Shown: in pieces, positions 51,244-64,000 of the stretch | How the letters are laid out: the number at the start of each line of letters is the position of its first letter | Position numbering within the stretch: position 1 is the first letter of the stretch | DNA from: Lama glama | Taxonomy: Eukaryota | Direction: 5' to 3' | Length of the DNA stretch: 64,000 nt | NCBI GenBank assembly: GCA_028534125.1 | Contig: CM052850.1 | Span: 14,632,001-14,696,000 of the forward strand | The notes under the pieces: model-generated | What the model saw: the letters and a program-made list of their open reading frames with translations, nothing else | What the model was told of the DNA's origin: nothing | Databases searched by the model: none | Made by a program: the position numbers and the translations under genes

Positions 51244-53099
51244 CCATGAGAGAAAAAATGACGGTAGAATATTTTCTGGAGACTAATTCCGTGACTTGGT
51301 AAAAATAACGTGTTTCACTTCTGTGTGTCTAAGAGTATGTATCATTGTAACACTTGCACATTGCAAATGCCTACCTCTTATCAGGGGACGAGACATTTCT
51401 ATGATTTGTCTGGCTTTTTCTGCCTTTTCCAAGATATACAGCTGGCCCCCAGGAGAGTGGTCAGTGTCCCTGCGAGCCCTTTAGCCTGAGCTGCACTGTC
51501 TCCACCAAGCTGTCATATTCATTCATCTTCAGACTCCCTCCCGCTGCACCGCACTCACCCCTACGCCCACCCCCTCGATCGCTAAAATGGCAATACAGGG
51601 CGGCTGTGGAGCCCCGTTACTTCACCAGCAACACAGGGAACATTCTTCTCCCTGATCAAATGAGATTCGGTTACATGTCATGGGAAACCAGCATCAGCAG
51701 CTTGTGTCATTTAATAAAACCGAAAGTTACAATGTCCTGAATAGTTCCCTTAGAAGCCATTTTAAGTGGACGGCCCTTCCCCAGAAGGCCCCGTGAGTGC
51801 AGAATAACAGAAGTTAATTTTAGCAAGCACTTTTTAACCTACATTTGGGGACAAAAACGCCGGGAAACCTATTATATAATTGAAGTAAAAAGAAACCCTC
51901 TGAGTGTGACAAAAAATTGTCTGTCTCAAGTTACTGCAAATGGAAAAATGATATACCGAAGAGCCTGGTATTTCAGAAGTCCAATAGTGAGAAACTTTAT
52001 TGCTGAGAAGGCAAATGAGGGCACCTGGATGTGAAAGAACACTTGACACTCCGGGCAGCAAGGAACGTTCCTATCGGCTGCTCGCTGTCCCAGGTTGCAT
52101 TAAGCCTTCCATCGGAAACAGTATTTTCATACTGACATGTGAAGGTCCAAATCCTAATTTGTTCATCTGTCAGAACCCCTAAGAGTCCTAGACTTGCATT
52201 AGCTCTTAGCGCATTACCAACTAGAGGGATCCAGCGTAAGGGGATCAAAATGTTCCTGTACCTTCCGTACCTCATTCAGTGTTCAAGCTCATTATCTTCA
52301 GTGGATACCTGACCCCATTCATTCTCCGGCACTACCACTTTGTGTCACCCACCACTTGTCCCCTGCCTCCTGTCTCCTTCTCAGACCTCAGGTGGCTTTT
52401 TCAGCACAGACACGCGAGCTTCACCACAGAGTGCCAGCTTGCTCACCCATGAGTTGGGTAACCTTAGCCAGGTTACAAGAACTCTCTAAAACCCTTTCTC
52501 ACTTACAAATGGGTTAAAAATATTAAGTTTGCATTGTTGTTGAGTAAATCGAGTTAGGGGAAAAAAGTATTTTGTAAATTATGATATGTTATACAAATAT
52601 ACATCAATTTTCTTTCTGAATGTGATCTTTTGACTTTAAAAACCTACACAACCAAATTCTGACCTTGGTCTACTCTCTGCTTGAACTTAGTAACCAGTTT
52701 CTTCCTTGATGAAAATGAATTTCCCTGGCAGATCTTGGTCTCTTACCCCACTTCCTGGAGCTACACTGGACATAGCTTCCATTCCTTGATTGTCTCAGCT
52801 CAAGGAATGGGACCTTGAAGTCCCAAGGTCCACTTCCCTGAAATGCTCTGTAAGGGTCACTAACATTGTGTGTCCTTCTAAAAAGATTGCATGACACTAG
52901 CTACCCCTGCTATGTAGGAAAGCCAAGATTAAAAAGTGATATAAAAATGTCTCGCAATTTATCTTATGAGCTGTCATATTATTTCATTGGAAATCCACCA
53001 GAACCTTTGAGATAGGAAATATTCCAGGTTTTTCAATGAAAAAACGGAAATGTATAGAAGTTAAAGGAGTTGCTCACAGGCTATCTTTTCATGACACTG

Positions 53100-53570
53100 T
53101 TGCTTGAGTCAGGAAATCTACGGTTTATTCATCAGGTTTTAGCAGGTGCCAGAAGGAACATACAAGTTAGGTCACTGAAGAAGTTTTAATACATGGATTA
53201 TTTACAAAGAGCTGGGCAAGGTTTAGGGAAAACAACAAGGGATGATACAATATCCCAGGCGAAATAACAAAAGGAGTTATTACCACTTTTAGACAGGAAG
53301 GGCCAGAGAGAAGCCTGCTGCAGGAACCTAGGGAGAGAGTTATATGGGAAGTCTGTCTACTGAACACAGTCTTGCAGGGAAATAAGCAGAGAAGTCAATC
53401 AGCATCCTCATTTTCCATTGTCTGCCTTCCTCCTCCATCTCTTGCTGTTGACACTATTGCCTGAACACAACTGGAAGCCAGAAGCCAAGGGCTCAGAACA
53501 GGCTAGAGATGAATGGGAAGAGGATCTGGAGGTATGAAATGAAATGAAAGACACAGAGAGAGAAAATGAT
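53100..53570 (-). mobile_element. Ancient LTR (LTR78-like)
   Basis: 'ttttaatacatggattatttacaaagagctgggcaaggtttagggaaaacaacaagggat' resembles antisense ancient ERV LTRs. Confidence 0.5.
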
Positions 53571-53629
53571 CACACTTGCCCTGGAACCCAGATACCACAC
53601 CAGTTTCTCTCTGTGTCTCTTTCTGTCTT

Positions 53630-54960
53630 TCTAACTTTTTATTTTCAAACAGTTTTAGATTTACAGAAAAAAATTTGCTAAGGTAGTACAGAAACTTCCC
53701 ACACACTCAGATTCCCCTATTATTTCTTATCTTATTGCGATATGATAAATTTTTGCAACTAATAAATCAATCTTGATACATTGTTATTAACTAAAGGTCA
53801 CACTTTATTTACATTTCTTTGGGTTTCATCTAATGTCCTTTGGTCTAGTACCTCATCCGGGATACCACATTGCATTTAGTAGTCATGTCTCCTTGGATTC
53901 CTCTCGGTTATGATCATTGCCCATGCAGAATCTCTAAGCCCATTGTCTGCCATCCATTTACTTAATTGTTCAACTCCAGTATGCTTGTGCAATGGTTTCA
54001 GAATTTTAGCCCATACTCCCACGGGAAACTTTATCAACTACAGTACAGTGTTTCTGTACAGCTCATTTGCCTTTAGTATTACAGGCTCCATTCATTTCCA
54101 AAATTAGTTAGATCAGCACATCCCCCACCCCCACCCCCACCACTCCATTCAGTGAAGTTATTTCATACATTTGTGAGACAGTTAAATTGTCACATTCAGC
54201 GTTGCATCCTAGGATCCTCCAACCTCCTAAAAACTATGGCATACACCAAAGCTTATCTTTCATGTGTTAAATTCTATGGGTTTTGACAAATGCATACTGT
54301 CATATGTCTACCATTAAAGTAGTCACAAATATAGTTGCACTGCTCTTAAAATACTCTGTATGCTTCCCATATTTAAGTTCCCATCCCTCAGATTCCTGGA
54401 AATCACTGATTTGTTTACCATGTCTTCTGATTGGCTTGATTTTCATTTTCTCAAATCTTTTTCATAGAGCTAAAAAAAATTTAATAAAGACCAACATAGG
54501 ATTATTTTCATTTTCTTTCATGGATCATGCATTTGGTGTAGTGCTTAAAATCTTCTCAACAAACCTAAAGTCATATAGATTTTTCACTATGGTTTCTTCT
54601 ATAATTCTTACAGTTTTACATTTTATATTTAGGTCTGTGATCCATTTTATTTTTATTTTTATTTTTATTTTTTGGTGGGGGAGGTAATTAGGTTTGTTTA
54701 TTTATTTAATTTTTTAAATAGAGGTACTGAGGATTGAACCCAGGACCCTGTGCATCCTAAGCACACACTCTACCACTGAGCTATATCCTTTCCCCTCTAT
54801 GATCCATTTTAAATTAATTTTTGTGTATGGAATAAATTTTGTGTCTAAGTTAATTTTTTTGTGTGGGCTTATGGACATCCTATTGTCCCAGCACCATTTG
54901 TTGAAAAGATTATCCTTTATCCATTGAATTGCCTTTGTACGTTTGTCAAAAATCAATTGA
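53630..54960 (-). mobile_element. L1 (L1MC/MD-like) 3' UTR and ORF2 fragment
   Basis: 'cagttttagatttacagaaaaa', 'gcatttagtagtcatgtctcc', 'cagcaccatttgttgaaaaga'; peptide QLIFDKRTKAIQWIKDNLFNKWCWDN. Confidence 0.88.
54650..54795 (-). mobile_element. tRNA-derived SINE (camelid vic-1-like)
   Basis: Minus strand GGGGAAAGGATATAGCTCAGTGGTAGAG (A box)...GGTTCAATCC (B box), A-rich tail; 16-bp TSD tctgtgatccatttta/tctatgatccatttta (54634-54649/54796-54811). Confidence 0.92.
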
Positions 54961-54964
54961 TTTA

Positions 54965-56195
54965 GAACAAATTCAGCAAGTTGCAGGATATGAAATTTAA
55001 CACTCAAAAATCAGTTGTATTTCTATACAATAATAATGAATAATCAAAAAAGGAAGTTAAGAAAACAATTCCATTTACAAGAACAATAAAGAGAATAAAC
55101 TACTTAGAATAAACTTAACCAAGAAGGTGAAAGTCACACTGAAAACTGAAAATCACCACTGAAAGAAATTGATGCAAATAAATGGAAAGACATGCTCATG
55201 AATTGGATGACTTAATATTGTTAAGATGAAAATACGACCCTAAGCCATCTATAGACTCAATGCAATCACTATCAAAATCCCAATGTTGTTTAGCAGGAAT
55301 AGGAAAATTCATCCTAAAATTCATATGGGATACCAAGGAGCCTCAAACAGTTAAAAACAATCTTGAAAAAGAAGAATAAAGTTGAAGGACTTATATTTTC
55401 TGATTAAAAACTTACTACAAATCTACGATTATCAAAACAATGTGATATTGGCATAAAGAAAGACAGACATAGAGACCAATGGGATAAAGTAGAATGCCCA
55501 GAATTAAACCCTCACACTTAGAGTCAAATGATTATTGACAAGGGTGCCAAGACCATTTAATGGGGAAGAGAGAGAGTCTTTACAGCAAATGGTGCTCAGA
55601 AAACTAGATATCCATAGGGTAAAGAATAAAGTTGGACCCTTACCTTGCCCCACATACAAAAAATCAACTCCAAATGGATACAAACCTAAACAACGCAATT
55701 AAAACTACAAAACTCTTAGAAGATAATGCAAGGGAAAGGCTGCAGAGCATTGGATTTGACAGCTGTTTCTTGGATATGACACCAAAAGCATATGCAGCAA
55801 AAGAAAAAAAGATACATTGAATTTCATCAGAGTTAAATATTTTGGTGGTGTGCTTTGTGTTGTGCAAAAGCAGCCACCAGAATGCAAGGCAATATTTGCA
55901 AATCATATATTTTAAAAGGAATTAATATTCATAATATATAAAGAACTCTTACAAATCAACAAAAACAAAACGCAAACAACCAGATTAAAAAAAAGTGAGC
56001 AAGGAGCTAAAGACACATTTCTTTAAAGGATACATACAAATAGCCAATAGGAACATGGAAAGATGCTCAATATCACTGCTCATTAGGAAAATGCAAGTCA
56101 AAACCACAATGAGATTCCATTTCATGCCAATTAGTATAGCTATTATTTTTTTTAAAGTAAATAATGTGTTGCTAAGAATATGGAGAAATTGGAAG
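54965..56195 (+). mobile_element. L1 (L1MB-like) ORF2 fragment, degenerate
   Basis: 'aattcagcaagttgcagga', 'gacaagggtgccaagaccat', 'aaaatgcaagtcaaaaccacaatgag'; peptides DPYLAPHTK and MQVKTTMRFH. Confidence 0.92.
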
Positions 56196-56579
56196 AAAAA
56201 AAGAGTGTGTTTAGTTGAACTTCTATATTCTATCAGCTTTGTGAAATGATACATCTCTTAATTTTTTGATATCAGTCACCATAAGGCTACTGAAACATAT
56301 CCCTTTTGAAATTAAAACCATGCCATTTCCCACCAGAAACAAAGATGACTGATAAAGTAATTTGTTTGCCAATGTTACTTTTTTCAGACAACTGGACTGG
56401 TTGATTTTCTGTGACCGTACAGAGTGACCATTTGCAGGTCGATGGTTAAGGTCTATTGATCCAATTTCTTCAATCCAATTCAGACATCATGTTGTCTGGA
56501 ATAAATGGCCCATGTCTGGATAGTTTAGTAGTTATGACAAGCATATCAAATTAATCGTTCAGCAATAAATCCTTTGCTA

Positions 56580-56750
56580 TGCAAGCCGTTCCCAACTTAG
56601 AAATGGGTGTGGTTCCAAAAGTTTATTCTAAACTAATTGTTTAAAACTTCAAATGTATAGTCAATAAAATACTAAAGAAGCTTGAAAACATGAATTAAGT
56701 TTTCTAACCAGGCTGTTATACACACACACAAAACTTGATTAACCCATGTC
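56580..56750. mobile_element. Possible TcMar-Tigger fragment
   Basis: 'cccaacttagaaatgggtgtggttccaaaagtttatt' resembles Tigger-type termini. Confidence 0.45.
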
Positions 56751-56927
56751 TTGAGTTCTGGTACTGGAGACAAAATATATATTTTGAGTTGTGATCTGGT
56801 AATTGAAGAAAGTGTGCATTCTTCCATGTCTCAGTTACAAATGCTAGCTGTTGTGAGAAACAAACACTAAAACATATAATTACTCAAATGTGATATAAAT
56901 TTATTTCTCCTTGATAAAGTCTCCTTG

Positions 56928-57427
56928 NNNNNNNNNNNNNNNNNNNNNNNNNNNNNNNNNNNNNNNNNNNNNNNNNNNNNNNNNNNNNNNNNNNNNNNNN
57001 NNNNNNNNNNNNNNNNNNNNNNNNNNNNNNNNNNNNNNNNNNNNNNNNNNNNNNNNNNNNNNNNNNNNNNNNNNNNNNNNNNNNNNNNNNNNNNNNNNNN
57101 NNNNNNNNNNNNNNNNNNNNNNNNNNNNNNNNNNNNNNNNNNNNNNNNNNNNNNNNNNNNNNNNNNNNNNNNNNNNNNNNNNNNNNNNNNNNNNNNNNNN
57201 NNNNNNNNNNNNNNNNNNNNNNNNNNNNNNNNNNNNNNNNNNNNNNNNNNNNNNNNNNNNNNNNNNNNNNNNNNNNNNNNNNNNNNNNNNNNNNNNNNNN
57301 NNNNNNNNNNNNNNNNNNNNNNNNNNNNNNNNNNNNNNNNNNNNNNNNNNNNNNNNNNNNNNNNNNNNNNNNNNNNNNNNNNNNNNNNNNNNNNNNNNNN
57401 NNNNNNNNNNNNNNNNNNNNNNNNNNN
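56928..57427. other. Assembly gap (500 N)
   Basis: N run. Confidence 1.
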
Positions 57428-59109
57428 AAAAAGCTTTACAAACCTAAGAGTATAAAGAGGACAGGCTAAGGGCTTTAACAGGAGATCAGCTCTTATTTTT
57501 AAGACAGACATAGTGTTCAGTGCATAATGCAACTTAATTATTATTGAATCTTGTATATTAATAAAAATCTAAGAGTATATTTTGAGAGACAAAACTCAAC
57601 ATTCTGTTGGCAAATAATCCTAATAGTGCATATACTCAAGTGCAGTAATGTTCAGTTTTCCATAAAAAATATACTGATTTAGAATTCTTCATAATTTATC
57701 TTTCCTTTAGAGTTAGACTCAGTAATCTTTAATTTCCCCAGACACTGAGCAATAGCTTAAGAATTTGAGCCAATTTTTATTGAGGGTTACAGGGTAGAGG
57801 CTCATATAATGCCTGATCCAAAGGGTTTTTGATAATCTGGCTCAGTATCTTCCTACAAGGGAATTTCTGAGTAGTGATTTGATATCAATGACAGCACTTA
57901 ACCCCAAGTCCTTCCCTTTTGCCTACAAATTCTCTCATCCCCTCACCATCGCCATTAATCCTATGTTTGTCCTATGGTACCCATATGTTCATAGGGTAGA
58001 ATGCTCTAAGATCACCTTATCCTCATCACTGATTGACCAGTAGACTTAATAGAAAATTAGTAAACTAAAGGAAATCCACAAACAAGAGAACTGAAAAAAA
58101 AATAAAATTCATTAAATAAGTAACTCCTTTGAAAAGAGTATTGAAAGCTTATGATTCTGCTAGACTGCTTGATTTTCCATCAAGGGCCAAGTCCTTTCCT
58201 CTTCAATCCTCTAATGAAGGACTGATCAAAGGTTTTCTCACTTCCACATCCCCCTACATGTTGGCACTTTTTCAGTTTCCCTTTGCTGCTGAAAGCTTTC
58301 ATGTTTTGTAATCCTTTTTTGTTCCAGGGACCTCTGCCTTTTCTGTAGAAGGACATTTAGCCATGAATCCCTAGGAGGCTGAAATTCACGGCCAGCAGGA
58401 AGAAGCCACTGCTGCTCAAATGCATGCATCAGTAGACATGCTGGTGCTTATACTTCCAGGGAAGTTGCAGATTCCTGATGGTCTGCTGGCAGGGAGCATG
58501 GGGAGCATCTCATTGCCATTTGCAGAGATAGACAAGGAAGATAGCATCACTGTGTACTGGCAAAGCAAGGAGAAACCTACTTTTTCTTTCAACATTTTGA
58601 GCTTTTGGAAAATCAGCTAGGCATCTTAGGACTTTATGAGTTCTCCATCATTGGTGATGGTCACTAAGAAGTTGTATGATCCCTTTGCAGGGTTTTATAG
58701 TACATATCTGCTTTGCGTAGCCCTCTAATCCCATTTATAATTCTGAGATGCTGAGTTCTCATACAAGATATGGCACCAATTGTTGTTGGAACATTCTTTG
58801 GTCTTCTTCGTTTTTGCCCCAAACATTATTATTTTTTGTTTGTTTTTTCACTAGTTCTAATTCTCTCAAATTCAATTCATTGAGTATTTCTGAGCACCTA
58901 TTTGGTACTGGGTGCTGTTCTGGCATTTGTAATTATTTTAATAAGATTATTTTTGTTAATTAAATAAGATTTTTGTAGGTATGGAAGCAAACCTCGCATG
59001 CAAAGCTAAGAAGATTAAACCTGACCCAACTGACAGTAGAAACAAGTTAGAAATTCTTAAATAAGAGAATGCGATTCTTTACACTAATTATAGTGAGAGT
59101 TGTTTCATG

Positions 59110-59320
59110 TAAAGGGTTTTAGAGTCAGACAGATGTCATTTTGAATCTGGGTCTGTGCCTAGCCATGTGGTTTTAGTCAAATTTCTCATTATTAAAACTC
59201 AATATTCTCATATATAAAGTGGAGATAACATCAATGATAAAATATAAAGGTTAAATGAAAACAACATTGAAATCACCCAGTACTTGGATTATATACATTT
59301 CCAGAAATATACATTATCTT
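59110..59320 (+). mobile_element. MIR SINE
   Basis: 'tagagtcagacaga...gaatctgggtctg..ctagccatgtg...ctcatatataaagtggagataac'. Confidence 0.75.
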
Positions 59321-60124
59321 CCCATTGCTTTATGCAGCCAAATCTGAACTTGGAAAAAGGAAGGATTTTTCCATCTTGGTAGGGCATTCATAGTTTTTGT
59401 TATCTGCTTTGTTGGCTTCTGGGTGACTGAACACAGAATGAGAAGACCTTCATACATCTAAGTCCTCTTGGGATAAAAAGGAGCCATGTGCTGGGTGCCT
59501 CCCCTTCAGATCAACATCACTGCATCGCTAATGTTATTGTTTTGACTGCCGTCAGCACCACAGTCCCTCCTGGTCCTGTCTCAACCACAGCCATCACCAC
59601 GGTGTTAGAGGCAGAGCAAAGAGTCCTCTTACCCCAGGGCAGGAGGATGATTTTGAATACAGAGCTGGAGGACTGCCCTGGGCCGCTTTCTCACAAATTT
59701 CAACTACGGAGCCCTCAGTCAGGACATAATGACCCCAGGAGAGAGAAAAGCAGATGCCCCCACTCAGGAATCTCTGAGTGCACCTGCTCCCCGCCCTCAG
59801 TCACATCCTTCCATCCATAGTCTGCACAGTCCACCTGGGCCAAAATTTTTGTGCGAGATTTTCAATGTTGGTTTTTTTTCTGATTAGACCCATTACACTA
59901 GAAGTCAGTGCCTTTTCTTTAAAACTTATGTCCTGGAACAACAAATAGAAAACAGTCCTAGCCTTGATATTATTAGCTTGGGTAAAATCCAATTATGGAA
60001 ATAAAGTTTCAGAGAGAAAGAAGCCATTTAAACTACTAATACAATTAGAGGGACCTTAAAAAGTACTTAAAACAGTGTTTAGTATACATTAGGGCTTAGT
60101 AAATATTAGCTATAATTTACAACA

Positions 60125-60335
60125 AACCAGCCACTGTGTAGGTATTGTGAATATACACTTTCATATCCTCATCATCTTCCAAGTTAGACATTGTCAAATC
60201 TGTTTTACAGGTAAGGAAACAGGCTTGGAGATATAAAATGAGTGTTTGAAATCACAGAGCCCACAAATTACAGATCTAGGATTTGAACCCATGATGGTCT
60301 GGTTTCATAGCTGGCTCTGATTCACTATGACCAGC
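60125..60335 (-). mobile_element. MIR SINE
   Basis: 'gttttacaggtaaggaaacaggcttggaga...ggatttgaacccatg'. Confidence 0.85.
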
Positions 60336-62152
60336 CACCTCAATCAAATCTGTAAGACATGCAAACCTGTAAACCACATGTAGCATATTGAATAACCACC
60401 CAGCAGTGGGTTATTAATGCATGTGTCCACTCCTTCTCCTGCCCATCAGCACTGTCAGGTTTGGATGTCACTTGTCTGTTGGGTGGGACTTGGTCTTCTT
60501 ACAAGTGAACACTCCCCCCCCACCGAGGTGCTCTGAGACTGCGATGGGCCACACTGACTTTTCAGTAGATGAGGCTGTTACCCCTCATTGGCCTTGATGA
60601 TACAGCCTCAGTTCAGCCTTTGGAAACATTGTAAGAAAAGAGGAGGGGCTATGTCCTCAGTTGGCTCAGTCAGGGTATAAAGCCATAGCATCACCCTTCC
60701 CTGAAGTCTGGAGAATTCGCCCTGTCTTGACTGAACTTCTAATCACAGAGTCCAGGGTATGTCCTTGCATTTCCCCAGTGCACTCAGTCAACTGCCAGAA
60801 TATACTTCGATTCCCATCTCAGACGATCTGGACTAGCCTTTGCAGACATCATTGGATGCTGAGATAAAGCAATTCAAGTGGGGACAGCAATGAAATCCCT
60901 GTGGCCTCGCACTGTAAGTGCTGAGCACAGATTACCATTCACAATATCCACACTTATACTAATGAAAACTGAGTCATGTGTGAGTTTTTTTTTTAACCCA
61001 AATATTGACAGGTGGTGAGCAGGTGGAGCCACGCAGCGCTTGTCAGGGATGTGTCTGAGGGGTAGGCGGAGGAGGAGTAAAGAGATGAGTGAACGATGCG
61101 GCACAATGGCTCCTTTCCTGTTGCTGAGTGACACTTGGATATATCACTAAACATATAAAAATAGAAGCTCTGTGTCAGCCTTCTTGTGCAGGGTGCTGTG
61201 CTGCAACGTTTAAATCTGGATGTCAGTATGCCACTACCGTTATTTATAGAGGAGACCCGGATTAACATTTTGAGAGCGACAGAGGAAGAGGGAGAAAGAG
61301 AAGCGCACGTGTTGGAGGGAAGGTGCTCTGAATATTGCGTTGCATTAATTGCACACTTAACTTTATCCCTTTTGAAACAATAATCTATAGCTGTATAGGA
61401 ATGCGCATTTTGCAAGGCACTTTCGCATCCATCAACATACTGGAGTTTCACAGAGACTCTTGGAGGGACAAAGTAGTATTTCTCTTCCTGTGGAAGCTCA
61501 TGGAGATCAGGTGGCTCCCCGCCATGTTGCTCAGCTGGCCAGTAGAAGAACTGGATCTCAATTTGCATCTCCAAAATGCAATTATTCCTTCCCCCTAAAG
61601 GGCATATAGAGTATTAATGTCCCCAGGCATCAGATGAGGAAATTGAACCATAGTGTGAAACTGAGAAAACTAAGGCATGGTATAAGCATGGGACATGGCA
61701 AGAGGCATTCTTCTGGGCACCGAGGACACAACAGTGACAAAAACAGATAAAAATCATTGCCTTTGTGAAGCAAATGTCCCAGTGGTTGCGTTCGATGACC
61801 TTTATGATTTCACATAGTGCAAGTGGAGGTACAGAGCTATCCCATCCTATTTTAATCATCGTTTGGAAATAATAAACTGATTAAAAACTCATAAAATGAT
61901 AAAAACATTTGATACTTTAAAATATTCAGCTAACTTATAGAAATTCTCATTTGTCTCTCAGATTTCGACTATCATACAGATTCTGTAGTGGTATGGTGGT
62001 ATATTTCACGTTCTGTTCAGGTCAACACTACATTGTGAGGCATTTCTGTACGTGCTCAATGAAACCGAATGGCACCTACAGGCTCCCCATGGATCAACAG
62101 TGAATAGCTCAGTAGATCCTGCAGCATGGCTGGTATTGAACCAATAGCTAGG

Positions 62153-62315
62153 TCAGTCACCCCCAAACTTCTCTGTACCTTAGAATCACCTGGGGAGCTT
62201 CAGAAAGTGCTGATTCTTGTGTCCCACCCCCGTGAGTGTAATATAAATGATCTAGCATGTGATCTAGATGTTTAAAAGGTAGTTCTAACACGGTGACAAG
62301 TTTAGGAATCACTGA
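62153..62315. mobile_element. MER5-like hAT-Charlie element
   Basis: 'caaactt...tagaatcacctggggagctt...aagtttaggaatcactg'. Confidence 0.8.
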
Positions 62316-62334
62316 ACTAAGGTCTGGCCAATGA

Positions 62335-62888
62335 GATGGTAGCAGACATCATCTAACATCCGCCCAACAGCCATCTCTAATCACTTTCTTCCTTACAAAC
62401 GGAATCTCAGTTCTTTTCAGGTACTAGACGACCGTGTACACAAAAAGGTGGAGACCCTTCCAGTTCAAGGGGGTGAATGTTGATTGTTCTTCATGGCATT
62501 CTCTCTGGCGATAATTAGTTGGGAGCATAGCTATATAACCCAGATCTAACCAATGGAATAGGGGGAAAATACCTATGAATGGGGAGTACTTATAGGAGAG
62601 CTGTCTTTGCTATTAACAAAAGGGACCCCTAGGCCCAAATATGTGGAGGAGATGTGGTAGCTGTCTAGAGAGCTTGGGAAGAGCTAGACAGAGAAAGAAC
62701 CAAGACAACATACTAACTATGGGCAAATGGTTGATGAAAAGAAACTGAGTCTTGCTGATAATCAGTGCACCACCAAAAGTTAATGAACCCTAATACCAAC
62801 GTATCTCATGACTTTTTGTTATTTATCGTTTATGTGACTTTACTTGGTGTTTCTGGAATTTAAAGCCAAAAGCATCCTAAATGATACA
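62335..62888 (+). mobile_element. Old MLT1 solo LTR
   Basis: 'acccagatctaaccaatg'; 3' end 'agccaaaagcatcctaaatgataca'. Confidence 0.7.
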
Positions 62889-63499
62889 TGAACTCAATTT
62901 TAGATTGAGTCTCTGAGAAGTATGGCATATGCTATCCTAGGACAAAATAATGAGTGATCTCAAAGTTTTATTTTGTCCTTGAAGAGAGATCAGTGGACAT
63001 TTTTGGGAAAATTATAATAGTTTCCTTACATGGTCACAACTCAGAGATTATGAATTTATTTCAAAATTTCCTTTTTTTTAATGAATCTTCTTCAGATCTA
63101 TCATATAAGACTAACTAAAATTCTTCTGGAGCGTCTTTATATTTTTATGTGCAAATCAGAAGCAGGAGAACTCCAGTAAGAAACACTTTCATATTAGTTA
63201 ATCACTGATATAATGACATCACGTAATTTCTCAGAAAGGGTCCAAGGGTATTTTTGGTACCAGACTGCAGGAAGGAGTTATTGAGAGCAAGTGACAAACT
63301 GTCTTTTACTCTACCTCCTAACAACTCTCCACTAGGAAGAGAAGTCAGAAAGAAAGGTATGTGGAGATTAATTGGGGCCTCAATCAATTTTTATGGTTAA
63401 TAGTCCACTAAGTCCCTCTGATTTCAAATTCTGTGTTTCCCTTAAGGATTCTGTGATGACAGGTTTCTGTTTCCCTGTGGGTGTTTTTTTGAAGCTGTT

Positions 63500-63715
63500 A
63501 ATAATTATAAATAACATTTATTGGATGCTTATCCTGTGCCATCTATCATGCCAACCTTTTTACGTGAATCATCTCAAACAGTCCTCCCCTCTGACCTATG
63601 ACGATCATGGGTCTTGGGAGTCTAAGTGCCTTGTGAAAGGGCGCACAGTTACTGGGTAGAAGCGTTGGGATGGAAGCCAAGCCTGTGTTCTTAGCCATAG
63701 CATGGCATTGTCTTA
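63500..63715 (-). mobile_element. MIR SINE
   Basis: 'ataacatttattggatgcttatcctgtgcca...ctaagtgccttgtgaaagggcgcacag'. Confidence 0.75.
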
Positions 63716-64000
63716 CACCCACTGTGGAAAGCCGTGAAAGGAATGCAAACTTGTGGTCTAGCCCTACCACTCACCACCAGTGTGACCACATGTGAGCCTT
63801 CTTCACCGGGTCCTTGTGGAGACTGAATCATGCTCTTTGTAAACAGAAAGGCCTGTCCAAAGGTAACACAGTACTCCAACATCCTGGACTTGAAGATTTA
63901 TTCAGTGAACGTTGATAGAGTCCCTTCTATATGCTAGACCTGCCAGGTTCTGGGGAATACGTGAGACACGAGAGTTCTTCTCCTCTCATTCCTGGACTTT

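Noticed and set aside
54715-54795. tRNA gene
   Set aside because: tRNA-like head of a SINE with a tail and TSD
53630-56195. Twin-priming inverted single L1
   Set aside because: Segments overlap by several hundred bases in L1 coordinates and look like different subfamilies
60993-61574. 193-aa minus-strand ORF
   Set aside because: Non-ATG start, no recognisable domain, no splice support

Overview
Mammalian non-coding DNA (intronic or intergenic), probably from a camelid, judged from a vic-1-like tRNA-derived SINE at 54650-54795. It comes from a draft assembly with seven N-gaps. I find no credible host protein-coding exon: the listed ORFs are chance frames, N-gap artefacts, low-complexity sequence or L1 ORF2 remnants. 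Much of the window is old interspersed repeat (L2, MIR, L1M, MLT1 LTRs, hAT/Tigger elements), plus a few younger insertions with clear target-site duplications (TSDs). Four things stand out. (1) A hammerhead-ribozyme-like motif with a complete catalytic core but weak, wobble-rich stems lies at 24309-24353 (+). (2) A cryptic, stop-riddled hAT (Charlie/Buster-type) transposase fossil lies on the minus strand at ~8950-10855; the ORF track misses it, and a solo LTR splits it. (3) Two related ERV1-type solo LTRs sit 2.6 kb apart and are independent insertions, not one provirus. (4) Several repeat-free blocks are dense in homeodomain/MEIS/POU/SOX motifs and resemble developmental enhancers. Repeat family names are from recall of consensus sequences, and boundaries are approximate unless a TSD is given.
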